64,000 bases of DNA from the human T2T-CHM13v2.0 reference genome, Homo sapiens (GCF_009914755.1 NC_060944.1); one strand, 5' to 3'. Shown: positions 15,001 through 30,600, numbered from the stretch's first letter. The notes: generated by a model not told the origin, from the sequence alone. A program made the numbers and translations.

Positions 15001-18000
15001 TATAGGCCTCAAAGGCTCCAAATATCCACTTGTAGATTCTAAAAAAATAGTGTTTCAAAACTGCTGTATCAAAAGAAAGATTCAACTCTGTGAGATGGAT
15101 GCACAGATCACAAAGAAGTTTCTCATAAAGCTTCTGTGTAGTTTTTATGTGAAGATATTTGTTTTTCCACAGCAGGCCCCAATGAACTCCAAATATCCAC
15201 TTGCAGATTCTATAAAAAGAGTGTTTCAAAACTGCTCAATCAACAGAGACATTCAACTCTGTGAGATGAATGCACACATCACAAAGAAGTTTCTCAGAAT
15301 GCTTCTGTGCAGTTTTTGTGTGAAGATATTTCATTTTCCACAGTACGCCTCAAAGCGCTCCAAATATCCACTCGCAGGTTCTGTAAAAAGAGAGATTCAA
15401 AACTGGTGAATCAAAAGATAGGTTCAACACTGTGACTTCAGTGCACAACTCACAAAGGTGTTTATCAGAAATCTTCTGTACAGTTTTTATATGAAGATAT
15501 CTCCTTCTCCAAAACACAACTCAAATCCCTACAAATATTCACTTCCAGATTCTACGGAATGATTGTCTCAAAACTACTAAATCAAAACAAAGGTTCAACT
15601 CTGTGATGAATGCACTCATCAGAAAGAAGGTTCTCTGAATGCTTCTGTGTAGTTTCTATTTGAAGATATTTCCTTTTCCACTCTAGGGCGAAATAGGGCT
15701 CCAAATATTCACTTGCAGAATCTACAAAAAGAGAGATTCTAAACTGCTCAATCAACAGATACGTTCAACAATGTGAGTTGAATGCACACATCACAAATAA
15801 GTTTCACAGAATGCTTCTGGGTAGTTTTTATTTGAAGAAATTTCCCTACCCAGCTCAGGCCTCAAGTCGCTCTAAATATCCACTTGCAGATCCTACAAAA
15901 AGAGTGTGTCAAAACTGCTCAATCAAAAGAAAGGTTCTACTCTGTGAGATGGATGCAAACATCAGAAAGTAGTTTCGCAGAATTCTTCTGCATAGTTTTT
16001 ATGTGAAGATATTTCCTTCTCCACTATAGGTCTCAAAAGGCTCCAAATATCCACTTGCAGATTCGAAAAAAAGACTGTTTCAAAACAGCTCAATCCAAAG
16101 AAAGGTTCTACTCTGTGAGATGAATGAACACATCATAAAGTAGTTTCTCAGAATGCTTCTGCATAGTTTTTATGTGAAGATATTTCCTTCTCCACTATAG
16201 GCCTCAAAAGCCTCCAAATATCCACTTGCGGATTCTAAAAAAAGAGTGCTTCTAAACTTCTGTACCAAAAGAAAGATTCAACACTGTGAGATGAATGCAC
16301 AGATCACAAAGAAGTTCCTCAGAATGCTTCTGTGTAGTCTTTATGTGAAGATATTTGTTTTTCCACAGTAGTCCCCAATGAGCTCCAAATATCCACTTGC
16401 AGATTCTACAAAAAGAGTGTTTCAAAACTGCTCAATCAACAGAGACATTCAACTCTGTGAGATGAATGCACCCATCACAAAGAAGTTTCTCGGAATGCTT
16501 CTGTGTAGTTTTTGTGTGAAGACATTTCATTTTCCACAGTATGCCTCAAAGCGCTCCAAATATCCACTCTCAGATTCTGTAAAAAGAGAGATTCCAAACT
16601 GCTGAATCAAAAGATAGGTTCAACACTGTGACTTAGGTGCACAATTCACAAAGATGTTCCTCAGAAATCTTCTGTGTAGTTTTTATATGAAGATATCTCC
16701 TCCTCCAAAACAGATCTCAAAGCCCTCCAAATATTCACTTCCAGATTGTACGGAAAGATTGTGTCAAAACTGCTAAATCAAAACAAAGGTTCAACTCTGT
16801 GATGAATGCACTCATCAGAAAGAAGGTTCTCTGAATGCTTCTGTGTAGTTTCTATTTGAAGATATTTCCTTTTCCAATATAGGGCAAAATAGGGCCCCAA
16901 ATATTCACTTGCAGATTCTGCAAAAAGGGAGATTCTAAACTGCTCAATCAACAGATACCTTCAACAATGTGATTTGAATGCACACATCGCAAATAAGTTT
17001 CACAGAATGCTTCTGGGTAGTTTTTAGTTGAAGAAATTTCCCTTTCCACAATAGGCCTCAAATCACTCTAAATATCCACTTGCAGATTCTACAAAAAGAG
17101 TGTTTCAAAACTGCTCAATCCAAAGAAAGGTTGTACCCTGTGAGATGAATGCACGCATCACAAAGTAGTTTCTCAGAATGCTTCTGCATAGTTTTTATGT
17201 GAAGATATTTCCTTCTACACTGTAGGCCTGAAAAGGCTCCAAATATCCATTTACAGATTCTAAAAAAAAAGTGTTTCAAAACTGCTATATCAATAGAAAC
17301 ATCCAACTCTGTGAGATGAATGCACAGATCACAAAGAAGTTTCTCAGAATGCTTCTGTGTAGTTTTTATGTGAAGATATTTGATTTTCCACAGTAGGCCC
17401 CAACGAGCTCCAAATATCCACTTGCAGATTCCACAAAAAGAGTGTTTCAAAACTGCTCAATCAACAGAGACATTCAACTCTGTGAGATGAATGCACACAT
17501 CACAAAGAAGTTTCTCAGAATGCTTCTGTGTAGTTTTTGTGTGAAGATATTTCATTTTCCACAGTACGCCTCAAAGCGCTCCAAATATCCACTCTCAGAT
17601 TCTGTAAAAAGAGAGATTCAAAACTGCTGAATCAAAAGATAGGTTCAACACTGTCACTTCAGTGCACAACTCACAAAGATGTTTCTCAGAATGCTTCTGT
17701 GTAGTTTTTGTGTGAAGATAATTCATTTTCCACAGTACGCCTCAAAGCGCTCCAAATATCCACTCACAGATTCTGTAAAAAGAAAGATTCAAAACTGCTG
17801 AATCAAAAGATACGTTCAACAATGTGAGCTGAATGCACACATCACAAATAAGGTTGACAGAATGCTTCTGGGTAGTTTTTATTTGAAGAAATTTCCCTTT
17901 CCACAATAGGCCTCAAATTGCTCTAAATATCCACTTGCAGATTCTACAGAGAGAATGTTTCAAAACTGCTCAGTCAAAAGAAAGGTTGTACTCTGTGAGG

Positions 18001-21000
18001 TGAATGCACACATCACAAAGTAGTTTCTCAGAATGCTTCTGCATAGTTTTTATGTGAAGATATTTCCTTCCCCATTATAGGCCTCAAAGGCTCCAAATAT
18101 CCACTTGTAGATTCTAAAAAAATAGTGTTTCAAAACTGCTGTATCAAAAGAAAGATTCAACTCTGTGAGATGGATGCACAGATCACAAAGAAGTTTCTCA
18201 TAAAGCTTCTGTGTAGTTTTTATGTGAAGATATTTGTTTTTCCACAGCAGGCCCCAATGAACTCCAAATATCCACTTGCAGATTCTATAAAAAGAGTGTT
18301 TCAAAACTGCTCAATCAACAGAGACATTCAACTCTGTGAGATGAATGCACACATCACAAAGAAGTTTCTCAGAATGCTTCTGTGCAGTTTTTGTGTGAAG
18401 ATATTTCATTTTCCACAGTACGCCTCAAAGCGCTCCAAATATCCACTCGCAGGTTCTGTAAAAAGAGAGATTCAAAACTGGTGAATCAAAAGATAGGTTC
18501 AACACTGTGACTTCAGTGCACAACTCACAAAGGTGTTTATCAGAAATCTTCTGTACAGTTTTTATATGAAGATATCTCCTTCTCCAAAACACAACTCAAA
18601 TCCCTACAAATATTCACTTCCAGATTCTACGGAATGATTGTCTCAAAACTACTAAATCAAAACAAAGGTTCAACTCTGTGATGAATGCACTCATCAGAAA
18701 GAAGGTTCTCTGAATGCTTCTGTGTAGTTTCTATTTGAAGATATTTCCTTTTCCACTCTAGGGCGAAATAGGGCTCCAAATATTCACTTGCAGAATCTAC
18801 AAAAAGAGAGATTCTAAACTGCTCAATCAACAGATACGTTCAACAATGTGAGTTGAATGCACACATCACAAATAAGTTTCACAGAATGCTTCTGGGTAGT
18901 TTTTATTTGAAGAAATTTCCCTACCCAGCTCAGGCCTCAAGTCGCTCTAAATATCCACTTGCAGATCCTACAAAAAGAGTGTGTCAAAACTGCTCAATCA
19001 AAAGAAAGGTTCTACTCTGTGAGATGGATGCAAACATCAGAAAGTAGTTTCGCAGAATTCTTCTGCATAGTTTTTATGTGAAGATATTTCCTTCTCCACT
19101 ATAGGTCTCAAAAGGCTCCAAATATCCACTTGCAGATTCGAAAAAAAGACTGTTTCAAAACAGCTCAATCCAAAGAAAGGTTCTACTCTGTGAGATGAAT
19201 GAACACATCATAAAGTAGTTTCTCAGAATGCTTCTGCATAGTTTTTATGTGAAGATATTTCCTTCTCCACTATAGGCCTCAAAAGCCTCCAAATATCCAC
19301 TTGCGGATTCTAAAAAAAGAGTGCTTCTAAACTTCTGTACCAAAAGAAAGATTCAACACTGTGAGATGAATGCACAGATCACAAAGAAGTTCCTCAGAAT
19401 GCTTCTGTGTAGTCTTTATGTGAAGATATTTGTTTTTCCACAGTAGTCCCCAATGAGCTCCAAATATCCACTTGCAGATTCTACAAAAAGAGTGTTTCAA
19501 AACTGCTCAATCAACAGAGACATTCAACTCTGTGAGATGAATGCACCCATCACAAAGAAGTTTCTCGGAATGCTTCTGTGTAGTTTTTGTGTGAAGACAT
19601 TTCATTTTCCACAGTATGCCTCAAAGCGCTCCAAATATCCACTCTCAGATTCTGTAAAAAGAGAGATTCCAAACTGCTGAATCAAAAGATAGGTTCAACA
19701 CTGTGACTTAGGTGCACAATTCACAAAGATGTTCCTCAGAAATCTTCTGTGTAGTTTTTATATGAAGATATCTCCTCCTCCAAAACAGATCTCAAAGCCC
19801 TCCAAATATTCACTTCCAGATTGTACGGAAAGATTGTGTCAAAACTGCTAAATCAAAACAAAGGTTCAACTCTGTGATGAATGCACTCATCAGAAAGAAG
19901 GTTCTCTGAATGCTTCTGTGTAGTTTCTATTTGAAGATATTTCCTTTTCCAATATAGGGCAAAATAGGGCCCCAAATATTCACTTGCAGATTCTGCAAAA
20001 AGGGAGATTCTAAACTGCTCAATCAACAGATACCTTCAACAATGTGATTTGAATGCACACATCGCAAATAAGTTTCACAGAATGCTTCTGGGTAGTTTTT
20101 AGTTGAAGAAATTTCCCTTTCCACAATAGGCCTCAAATCACTCTAAATATCCACTTGCAGATTCTACAAAAAGAGTGTTTCAAAACTGCTCAATCCAAAG
20201 AAAGGTTGTACCCTGTGAGATGAATGCACGCATCACAAAGTAGTTTCTCAGAATGCTTCTGCATAGTTTTTATGTGAAGATATTTCCTTCTACACTGTAG
20301 GCCTGAAAAGGCTCCAAATATCCATTTACAGATTCTAAAAAAAAAGTGTTTCAAAACTGCTATATCAATAGAAACATCCAACTCTGTGAGATGAATGCAC
20401 AGATCACAAAGAAGTTTCTCAGAATGCTTCTGTGTAGTTTTTATGTGAAGATATTTGATTTTCCACAGTAGGCCCCAACGAGCTCCAAATATCCACTTGC
20501 AGATTCCACAAAAAGAGTGTTTCAAAACTGCTCAATCAACAGAGACATTCAACTCTGTGAGATGAATGCACACATCACAAAGAAGTTTCTCAGAATGCTT
20601 CTGTGTAGTTTTTGTGTGAAGATATTTCATTTTCCACAGTACGCCTCAAAGCGCTCCAAATATCCACTCTCAGATTCTGTAAAAAGAGAGATTCAAAACT
20701 GCTGAATCAAAAGATAGGTTCAACACTGTCACTTCAGTGCACAACTCACAAAGATGTTTCTCAGAATGCTTCTGTGTAGTTTTTGTGTGAAGATAATTCA
20801 TTTTCCACAGTACGCCTCAAAGCGCTCCAAATATCCACTCACAGATTCTGTAAAAAGAAAGATTCAAAACTGCTGAATCAAAAGATACGTTCAACAATGT
20901 GAGCTGAATGCACACATCACAAATAAGGTTGACAGAATGCTTCTGGGTAGTTTTTATTTGAAGAAATTTCCCTTTCCACAATAGGCCTCAAATTGCTCTA

Positions 21001-24000
21001 AATATCCACTTGCAGATTCTACAGAGAGAATGTTTCAAAACTGCTCAGTCAAAAGAAAGGTTGTACTCTGTGAGGTGAATGCACACATCACAAAGTAGTT
21101 TCTCAGAATGCTTCTGCATAGTTTTTATGTGAAGATATTTCCTTCCCCACTATAGGCCTCAAAGGCTCCAAATATCCACTTGTAGATTCTAAAAAAATAG
21201 TGTTTCAAAACTGCTGTATCAAAAGAAAGATTCAACTCTGTGAGATGGATGCACAGATCACAAAGAAGTTTCTCATAAAGCTTCTGTGTAGTTTTTATGT
21301 GAAGATATTTGTTTTTCCACAGCAGGCCCCAATGAACTCCAAATATCCACTTGCAGATTCTATAAAAAGAGTGTTTCAAAACTGCTCAATCAACAGAGAC
21401 ATTCAACTCTGTGAGATGAATGCACACATCACAAAGAAGTTTCTCAGAATGCTTCTGTGCAGTTTTTGTGTGAAGATATTTCATTTTCCACAGTACGCCT
21501 CAAAGCGCTCCAAATATCCACTCGCAGGTTCTGTAAAAAGAGAGATTCAAAACTGGTGAATCAAAAGATAGGTTCAACACTGTGACTTCAGTGCACAACT
21601 CACAAAGGTGTTTATCAGAAATCTTCTGTACAGTTTTTATATGAAGATATCTCCTTCTCCAAAACACAACTCAAATCCCTACAAATATTCACTTCCAGAT
21701 TCTACGGAATGATTGTCTCAAAACTACTAAATCAAAACAAAGGTTCAACTCTGTGATGAATGCACTCATCAGAAAGAAGGTTCTCTGAATGCTTCTGTGT
21801 AGTTTCTATTTGAAGATATTTCCTTTTCCACTCTAGGGCGAAATAGGGCTCCAAATATTCACTTGCAGAATCTACAAAAAGAGAGATTCTAAACTGCTCA
21901 ATCAACAGATACGTTCAACAATGTGAGTTGAATGCACACATCACAAATAAGTTTCACAGAATGCTTCTGGGTAGTTTTTATTTGAAGAAATTTCCCTACC
22001 CAGCTCAGGCCTCAAGTCGCTCTAAATATCCACTTGCAGATCCTACAAAAAGAGTGTGTCAAAACTGCTCAATCAAAAGAAAGGTTCTACTCTGTGAGAT
22101 GGATGCAAACATCAGAAAGTAGTTTCGCAGAATTCTTCTGCATAGTTTTTATGTGAAGATATTTCCTTCTCCACTATAGGTCTCAAAAGGCTCCAAATAT
22201 CCACTTGCAGATTCGAAAAAAAGACTGTTTCAAAACAGCTCAATCCAAAGAAAGGTTCTACTCTGTGAGATGAATGAACACATCATAAAGTAGTTTCTCA
22301 GAATGCTTCTGCATAGTTTTTATGTGAAGATATTTCCTTCTCCACTATAGGCCTCAAAAGCCTCCAAATATCCACTTGCGGATTCTAAAAAAAGAGTGCT
22401 TCTAAACTTCTGTACCAAAAGAAAGATTCAACACTGTGAGATGAATGCACAGATCACAAAGAAGTTCCTCAGAATGCTTCTGTGTAGTCTTTATGTGAAG
22501 ATATTTGTTTTTCCACAGTAGTCCCCAATGAGCTCCAAATATCCACTTGCAGATTCTACAAAAAGAGTGTTTCAAAACTGCTCAATCAACAGAGACATTC
22601 AACTCTGTGAGATGAATGCACCCATCACAAAGAAGTTTCTCGGAATGCTTCTGTGTAGTTTTTGTGTGAAGACATTTCATTTTCCACAGTATGCCTCAAA
22701 GCGCTCCAAATATCCACTCTCAGATTCTGTAAAAAGAGAGATTCCAAACTGCTGAATCAAAAGATAGGTTCAACACTGTGACTTAGGTGCACAATTCACA
22801 AAGATGTTCCTCAGAAATCTTCTGTGTAGTTTTTATATGAAGATATCTCCTCCTCCAAAACAGATCTCAAAGCCCTCCAAATATTCACTTCCAGATTGTA
22901 CGGAAAGATTGTGTCAAAACTGCTAAATCAAAACAAAGGTTCAACTCTGTGATGAATGCACTCATCAGAAAGAAGGTTCTCTGAATGCTTCTGTGTAGTT
23001 TCTATTTGAAGATATTTCCTTTTCCAATATAGGGCAAAATAGGGCCCCAAATATTCACTTGCAGATTCTGCAAAAAGGGAGATTCTAAACTGCTCAATCA
23101 ACAGATACCTTCAACAATGTGATTTGAATGCACACATCGCAAATAAGTTTCACAGAATGCTTCTGGGTAGTTTTTAGTTGAAGAAATTTCCCTTTCCACA
23201 ATAGGCCTCAAATCACTCTAAATATCCACTTGCAGATTCTACAAAAAGAGTGTTTCAAAACTGCTCAATCCAAAGAAAGGTTGTACCCTGTGAGATGAAT
23301 GCACGCATCACAAAGTAGTTTCTCAGAATGCTTCTGCATAGTTTTTATGTGAAGATATTTCCTTCTACACTGTAGGCCTGAAAAGGCTCCAAATATCCAT
23401 TTACAGATTCTAAAAAAAAAGTGTTTCAAAACTGCTATATCAATAGAAACATCCAACTCTGTGAGATGAATGCACAGATCACAAAGAAGTTTCTCAGAAT
23501 GCTTCTGTGTAGTTTTTATGTGAAGATATTTGATTTTCCACAGTAGGCCCCAACGAGCTCCAAATATCCACTTGCAGATTCCACAAAAAGAGTGTTTCAA
23601 AACTGCTCAATCAACAGAGACATTCAACTCTGTGAGATGAATGCACACATCACAAAGAAGTTTCTCAGAATGCTTCTGTGTAGTTTTTGTGTGAAGATAT
23701 TTCATTTTCCACAGTACGCCTCAAAGCGCTCCAAATATCCACTCTCAGATTCTGTAAAAAGAGAGATTCAAAACTGCTGAATCAAAAGATAGGTTCAACA
23801 CTGTCACTTCAGTGCACAACTCACAAAGATGTTTCTCAGAATGCTTCTGTGTAGTTTTTGTGTGAAGATAATTCATTTTCCACAGTACGCCTCAAAGCGC
23901 TCCAAATATCCACTCACAGATTTTGTAAAAAGAAAGATTCAAAACTGCTGAATCAAAAGATACGTTCAACAATGTGAGCTGAATGCACACATCACAAATA

Positions 24001-27000
24001 AGGTTGACAGAATGCTTCTGGGTAGTTTTTATTTGAAGAAATTTCCCTTTCCACAATAGGCCTCAAATTGCTCTAAATATCCACTTGCAGATTCTACAGA
24101 GAGAATGTTTCAAAACTGCTCAGTCAAAAGAAAGGTTGTACTCTGTGAGGTGAATGCACACTTCACAAAGTAGTTTCTCAGAATGCTTCTGCATAGTTTT
24201 TATGTGAAGATATTTCCTTCCCCACTATAGGCCTCAAAGGCTCCAAATATCCACTTGTAGATTCTAAAAAAATAGTGTTTCAAAACTGCTGTATCAAAAG
24301 AAAGATTCAACTCTGTGAGATGGATGCACAGATCACAAAGAAGTTTCTCATAAAGCTTCTGTGTAGTTTTTATGTGAAGATATTTGTTTTTCCACAGCAG
24401 GCCCCAATGAACTCCAAATATCCACTTGCAGATTCTATAAAAAGAGTGTTTCAAAACTGCTCAATCAACAGAGACATTCAACTCTGTGAGATGAATGCAC
24501 ACATCACAAAGAAGTTTCTCAGAATGCTTCTGTGCAGTTTTTGTGTGAAGATATTTCATTTTCCACAGTACGCCTCAAAGCGCTCCAAATATCCACTCGC
24601 AGGTTCTGTAAAAAGAGAGATTCAAAACTGGTGAATCAAAAGATAGGTTCAACACTGTGACTTCAGTGCACAACTCACAAAGGTGTTTATCAGAAATCTT
24701 CTGTACAGTTTTTATATGAAGATATCTCCTTCTCCAAAACACAACTCAAATCCCTACAAATATTCACTTCCAGATTCTACGGAATGATTGTCTCAAAACT
24801 ACTAAATCAAAACAAAGGTTCAACTCTGTGATGAATGCACTCATCAGAAAGAAGGTTCTCTGAATGCTTCTGTGTAGTTTCTATTTGAAGATATTTCCTT
24901 TTCCACTCTAGGGCGAAATAGGGCTCCAAATATTCACTTGCAGAATCTACAAAAAGAGAGATTCTAAACTGCTCAATCAACAGATACGTTCAACAATGTG
25001 AGTTGAATGCACACATCACAAATAAGTTTCACAGAATGCTTCTGGGTAGTTTTTATTTGAAGAAATTTCCCTACCCAGCTCAGGCCTCAAGTCGCTCTAA
25101 ATATCCACTTGCAGATCCTACAAAAAGAGTGTGTCAAAACTGCTCAATCAAAAGAAAGGTTCTACTCTGTGAGATGGATGCAAACATCAGAAAGTAGTTT
25201 CGCAGAATTCTTCTGCATAGTTTTTATGTGAAGATATTTCCTTCTCCACTATAGGTCTCAAAAGGCTCCAAATATCCACTTGCAGATTCGAAAAAAAGAC
25301 TGTTTCAAAACAGCTCAATCCAAAGAAAGGTTCTACTCTGTGAGATGAATGAACACATCATAAAGTAGTTTCTCAGAATGCTTCTGCATAGTTTTTATGT
25401 GAAGATATTTCCTTCTCCACTATAGGCCTCAAAAGCCTCCAAATATCCACTTGCGGATTCTAAAAAAAGAGTGCTTCTAAACTTCTGTACCAAAAGAAAG
25501 ATTCAACACTGTGAGATGAATGCACAGATCACAAAGAAGTTCCTCAGAATGCTTCTGTGTAGTCTTTATGTGAAGATATTTGTTTTTCCACAGTAGTCCC
25601 CAATGAGCTCCAAATATCCACTTGCAGATTCTACAAAAAGAGTGTTTCAAAACTGCTCAATCAACAGAGACATTCAACTCTGTGAGATGAATGCACCCAT
25701 CACAAAGAAGTTTCTCGGAATGCTTCTGTGTAGTTTTTGTGTGAAGACATTTCATTTTCCACAGTATGCCTCAAAGCGCTCCAAATATCCACTCTCAGAT
25801 TCTGTAAAAAGAGAGATTCCAAACTGCTGAATCAAAAGATAGGTTCAACACTGTGACTTAGGTGCACAATTCACAAAGATGTTCCTCAGAAATCTTCTGT
25901 GTAGTTTTTATATGAAGATATCTCCTCCTCCAAAACAGATCTCAAAGCCCTCCAAATATTCACTTCCAGATTGTACGGAAAGATTGTGTCAAAACTGCTA
26001 AATCAAAACAAAGGTTCAACTCTGTGATGAATGCACTCATCAGAAAGAAGGTTCTCTGAATGCTTCTGTGTAGTTTCTATTTGAAGATATTTCCTTTTCC
26101 AATATAGGGCAAAATAGGGCCCCAAATATTCACTTGCAGATTCTGCAAAAAGGGAGATTCTAAACTGCTCAATCAACAGATACCTTCAACAATGTGATTT
26201 GAATGCACACATCGCAAATAAGTTTCACAGAATGCTTCTGGGTAGTTTTTAGTTGAAGAAATTTCCCTTTCCACAATAGGCCTCAAATCACTCTAAATAT
26301 CCACTTGCAGATTCTACAAAAAGAGTGTTTCAAAACTGCTCAATCCAAAGAAAGGTTGTACCCTGTGAGATGAATGCACGCATCACAAAGTAGTTTCTCA
26401 GAATGCTTCTGCATAGTTTTTATGTGAAGATATTTCCTTCTACACTGTAGGCCTGAAAAGGCTCCAAATATCCATTTACAGATTCTAAAAAAAAAGTGTT
26501 TCAAAACTGCTATATCAATAGAAACATCCAACTCTGTGAGATGAATGCACAGATCACAAAGAAGTTTCTCAGAATGCTTCTGTGTAGTTTTTATGTGAAG
26601 ATATTTGATTTTCCACAGTAGGCCCCAACGAGCTCCAAATATCCACTTGCAGATTCCACAAAAAGAGTGTTTCAAAACTGCTCAATCAACAGAGACATTC
26701 AACTCTGTGAGATGAATGCACACATCACAAAGAAGTTTCTCAGAATGCTTCTGTGTAGTTTTTGTGTGAAGATATTTCATTTTCCACAGTACGCCTCAAA
26801 GCGCTCCAAATATCCACTCTCAGATTCTGTAAAAAGAGAGATTCAAAACTGCTGAATCAAAAGATAGGTTCAACACTGTCACTTCAGTGCACAACTCACA
26901 AAGATGTTTCTCAGAATGCTTCTGTGTAGTTTTTGTGTGAAGATAATTCATTTTCCACAGTACGCCTCAAAGCGCTCCAAATATCCACTCACAGATTTTG

Positions 27001-27681
27001 TAAAAAGAAAGATTCAAAACTGCTGAATCAAAAGATACGTTCAACAATGTGAGCTGAATGCACACATCACAAATAAGGTTGACAGAATGCTTCTGGGTAG
27101 TTTTTATTTGAAGAAATTTCCCTTTCCACAATAGGCCTCAAATTGCTCTAAATATCCACTTGCAGATTCTACAGAGAGAATGTTTCAAAACTGCTCAGTC
27201 AAAAGAAAGGTTGTACTCTGTGAGGTGAATGCACACTTCACAAAGTAGTTTCTCAGAATGCTTCTGCATAGTTTTTATGTGAAGATATTTCCTTCCCCAC
27301 TATAGGCCTCAAAGGCTCCAAATATCCACTTGTAGATTCTAAAAAAATAGTGTTTCAAAACTGCTGTATCAAAAGAAAGATTCAACTCTGTGAGATGGAT
27401 GCACAGATCACAAAGAAGTTTCTCATAAAGCTTCTGTGTAGTTTTTATGTGAAGATATTTGTTTTTCCACAGCAGGCCCCAATGAACTCCAAATATCCAC
27501 TTGCAGATTCTATAAAAAGAGTGTTTCAAAACTGCTCAATCAACAGAGACATTCAACTCTGTGAGATGAATGCACACATCACAAAGAAGTTTCTCAGAAT
27601 GCTTCTGTGCAGTTTTTGTGTGAAGATATTTCATTTTCCACAGTACGCCTCAAAGCGCTCCAAATATCCACTCGCAGGTTC
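1..27681 (-). repeat. 18-mer alpha-satellite HOR array, 9 near-identical copies (3075 bp; first two 3078 bp)
   Basis: Identical ORFs recur at +3078, +3078 and then +3075 (e.g. 397, 3475, 6553, 9628 ... 25003). Copy starts in the phase of base 1 are 1, 3079, 6157, 9232, 12307, 15382, 18457, 21532, 24607. I counted 18 'gaaga(t/a/c)a' monomer anchors per unit. Confidence 0.97.
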
Positions 27682-30600
27682 TGTAAAAAGAGAGATTCAA
27701 AACTGGTGAATCAAAAGATAGGTTCAACACTGTGACTTCAGTGCACAACTCACAAAGGTGTTTATCAGAAATCTTCTGTACAGTTTTTATATGAAGATAT
27801 CTCCTTCTCCAAAACACAACTCAAATCCCTACAAATATTCACTTCCAGATTCTACGGAATGATTGTCTCAAAACTACTAAATCAAAACAAAGGTTCAACT
27901 CTGTGATGAATGCACTCATCAGAAAGAAGGTTCTCTGAATGCTTCTGTGTAGTTTCTATTTGAAGATATTTCCTTTTCCACTCTAGGGCGAAATAGGGCT
28001 CCAAATATTCACTTGCAGAATCTACAAAAAGAGAGATTCTAAACTGCTCAATCAACAGATACGTTCAACAACTTGAGTTGAATGCACACATCACAAATAA
28101 GTTTCACAGAATGCTTCTGGGTAGTTTTTATTTGAAGAAATTTCCCTACCCAGAGTAGGCCTCAAGTCGCTCTAAATATCCACTTGCAGATCCTACAAAA
28201 AGAGTGTGTCAAAACTGCTCAATCAAAAGAAAGGTTCTACTCTGTGAGATGGATGCAAACATCAGAAAGTAGTTTCGCAGAATTCTTCTGCATAGTTCTT
28301 ATGTGAAGATATTTCCTTCTCCACTATAGGTCTCAAAAGGCTCCAAATATCCACTTGCAGATTCGAAAAAAAGACTGTTTCAAAACAGCTCAATCCAAAG
28401 AAAGGTTCTACTCTGTGAGATGAATGAACACATCATAAAGTAGTTTCTCAGAATGCTTCTGCATAGTTTTTATGTGAAGATATTTCCTTCTCCACTATAG
28501 GCCTCAAAAGGCTCCAAATATCCACTTGCGGATTCTAAAAAAAGAGTGCTTCTAAACTTCTGTATCAAAAGAATGATTCAACACTGTGAAATGAATGCAC
28601 AGATCACAAAGAAGTTTCTCAGAATGCTTCTGTGTAGTTTTTATGTGAAGATATTTGTTTTTCCACAGTAGTCCCCAATGAGCTCCAAATATCCACTTGC
28701 AGATTCTACAAAAAGAGTGTTTCAAAACTGCTCAATCAACAGAGACATTCAACTCTGTGAGATGAATGCACCCATCACAAAGAAGTTTCTCAGAATGCTT
28801 CTGTGTAGTTTTTGTGTGAAGATATTTCATTTTCCACAGTACGCCTCAAAGCGCTCCAAATATCCACTCCCAGATTCTGTAAAAAGAGAGATTCAAAACT
28901 GCTGAATCAAAAGATAGGTTCAACAATGTGACTTCAGTGCACAACTCACAAAGATGTTTATAAGAATGCTTCTGTGTAGTTTTTATATGAAGATATCTCC
29001 TTCTCCAAAAGAGAACTCAAAGCCCTCCAAATATTCACTTCCAGATTGTACGGAAAGATTGTGTCAAAAGTGCTAAATCAAAACAAAGGTTCAACTCTGT
29101 GATGAATGCACTCATCAGAAAGAAGGTTCTCTGAATGCTTCTGTGTAGTTTCTATTTGAAGATATTTCCTTTTCCACTCTAGGGCGAAATAGGGCTCCAA
29201 ATATTCACTTGCAGATTCTACAAAAGGAGAGATTCTAATCTGCTCAATCAACAGATACGTTCAACACTGTGAGTTGAATGCACACATCACAAATAAGTTT
29301 CACAGAATGCTTCAGGGAAGTTTTTATTTGAAGAAATTTCCCTTTCCACAATAGGCCTCAAATCGCTCTAAATATCCACTTGCAGATTCTACAAAAAGAG
29401 TTCTTCAAAACTGCTCAATCCAAAGAAAGGTTCTACTCTGTGGGATGAATGCACGCATCACAAAGTAGTTTCTGAGAATGCTTCTGCATAGTTTTTATTT
29501 GAAGATATTTCCTTCTCCACTATAGTCCTGAAAAGGCTCCAAATATCCACTTGCAGATTCTAAAAAAAGACTGTTTCAATACTGCTCAATCCAAAGAAAG
29601 ATTCTATTCTGTGAGATGAATGCACGGATCACAAAGAAGCCTCTCAGAATGCTTCTGCATAGTTTTTAAGTGAAGATATTTCCTTCTCCACTATAGGCCC
29701 CAAAAGGCTCCAAATATCCACTTGCAGAATCTAAAAAAATAGTCTTTCCAAACTGCTGTATCAAAGAAAAATTCAACACTGTGAGATGAATGCACAGATA
29801 ACAAAGAAGTTCCTCAGAATGCTTCTGTGTAGTCTTTATGTGAAGATATTTGTTTTTCCACAGTAGTCCCCAATGAGCTCCAAATATCCACTTGCAGATT
29901 CTACAAAAAGAGTGTTTCAAAACTGCTCAATCAACAGAGACATTCAACTCTGTGAGATGAATGCACCCATCACAAAGAAGTTTCTCGGAATGCTTCTGTG
30001 TAGTTTTTGTGTGAAGACATTTCATTTTCCACAGTATGCCTCAAAGCGCTCCAAATATCCACTCTCAGATTCTGTAAAAAGAGAGATTCCAAACTGCTGA
30101 ATCAAAAGATAGGTTCAACACTGTGACTTAGGTGCACAATTCACAAAGATGTTCCTCAGAAATCTTCTGTGTAGTTTTTATATGAAGATATCTCCTCCTC
30201 CAAAACAGATCTCAAAGCCCTCCAAATATTCACTTCCAGATTGTACGGAAAGATTGTGTCAAAACTGCTAAATCAAAACAAAGGTTCAACTCTGTGATGA
30301 ATGCACTCATCAGAAAGAAGGTTCTCTGAATGCTTCTGTGTAGTTTCTATTTGAAGATATTTCCTTTTCCAATATAGGGCAAAATAGGGCCCCAAATACT
30401 CACTTGCAGATTCTACAAAAAGAGAGATTCTAAACTACTCAATCAACAGATACCTTCAACAATGTGAGTTGAATGCACACATCGCAAATAAGTTTCACAG
30501 AATGCTTCTGGGTAGTTTTTAGTTGAAGAAATTTCCCTTTCCACAATAGGCCTCAAATCACTCTAAATATCCACTTGCAGATTCTACAAAAAGAGTGTTT

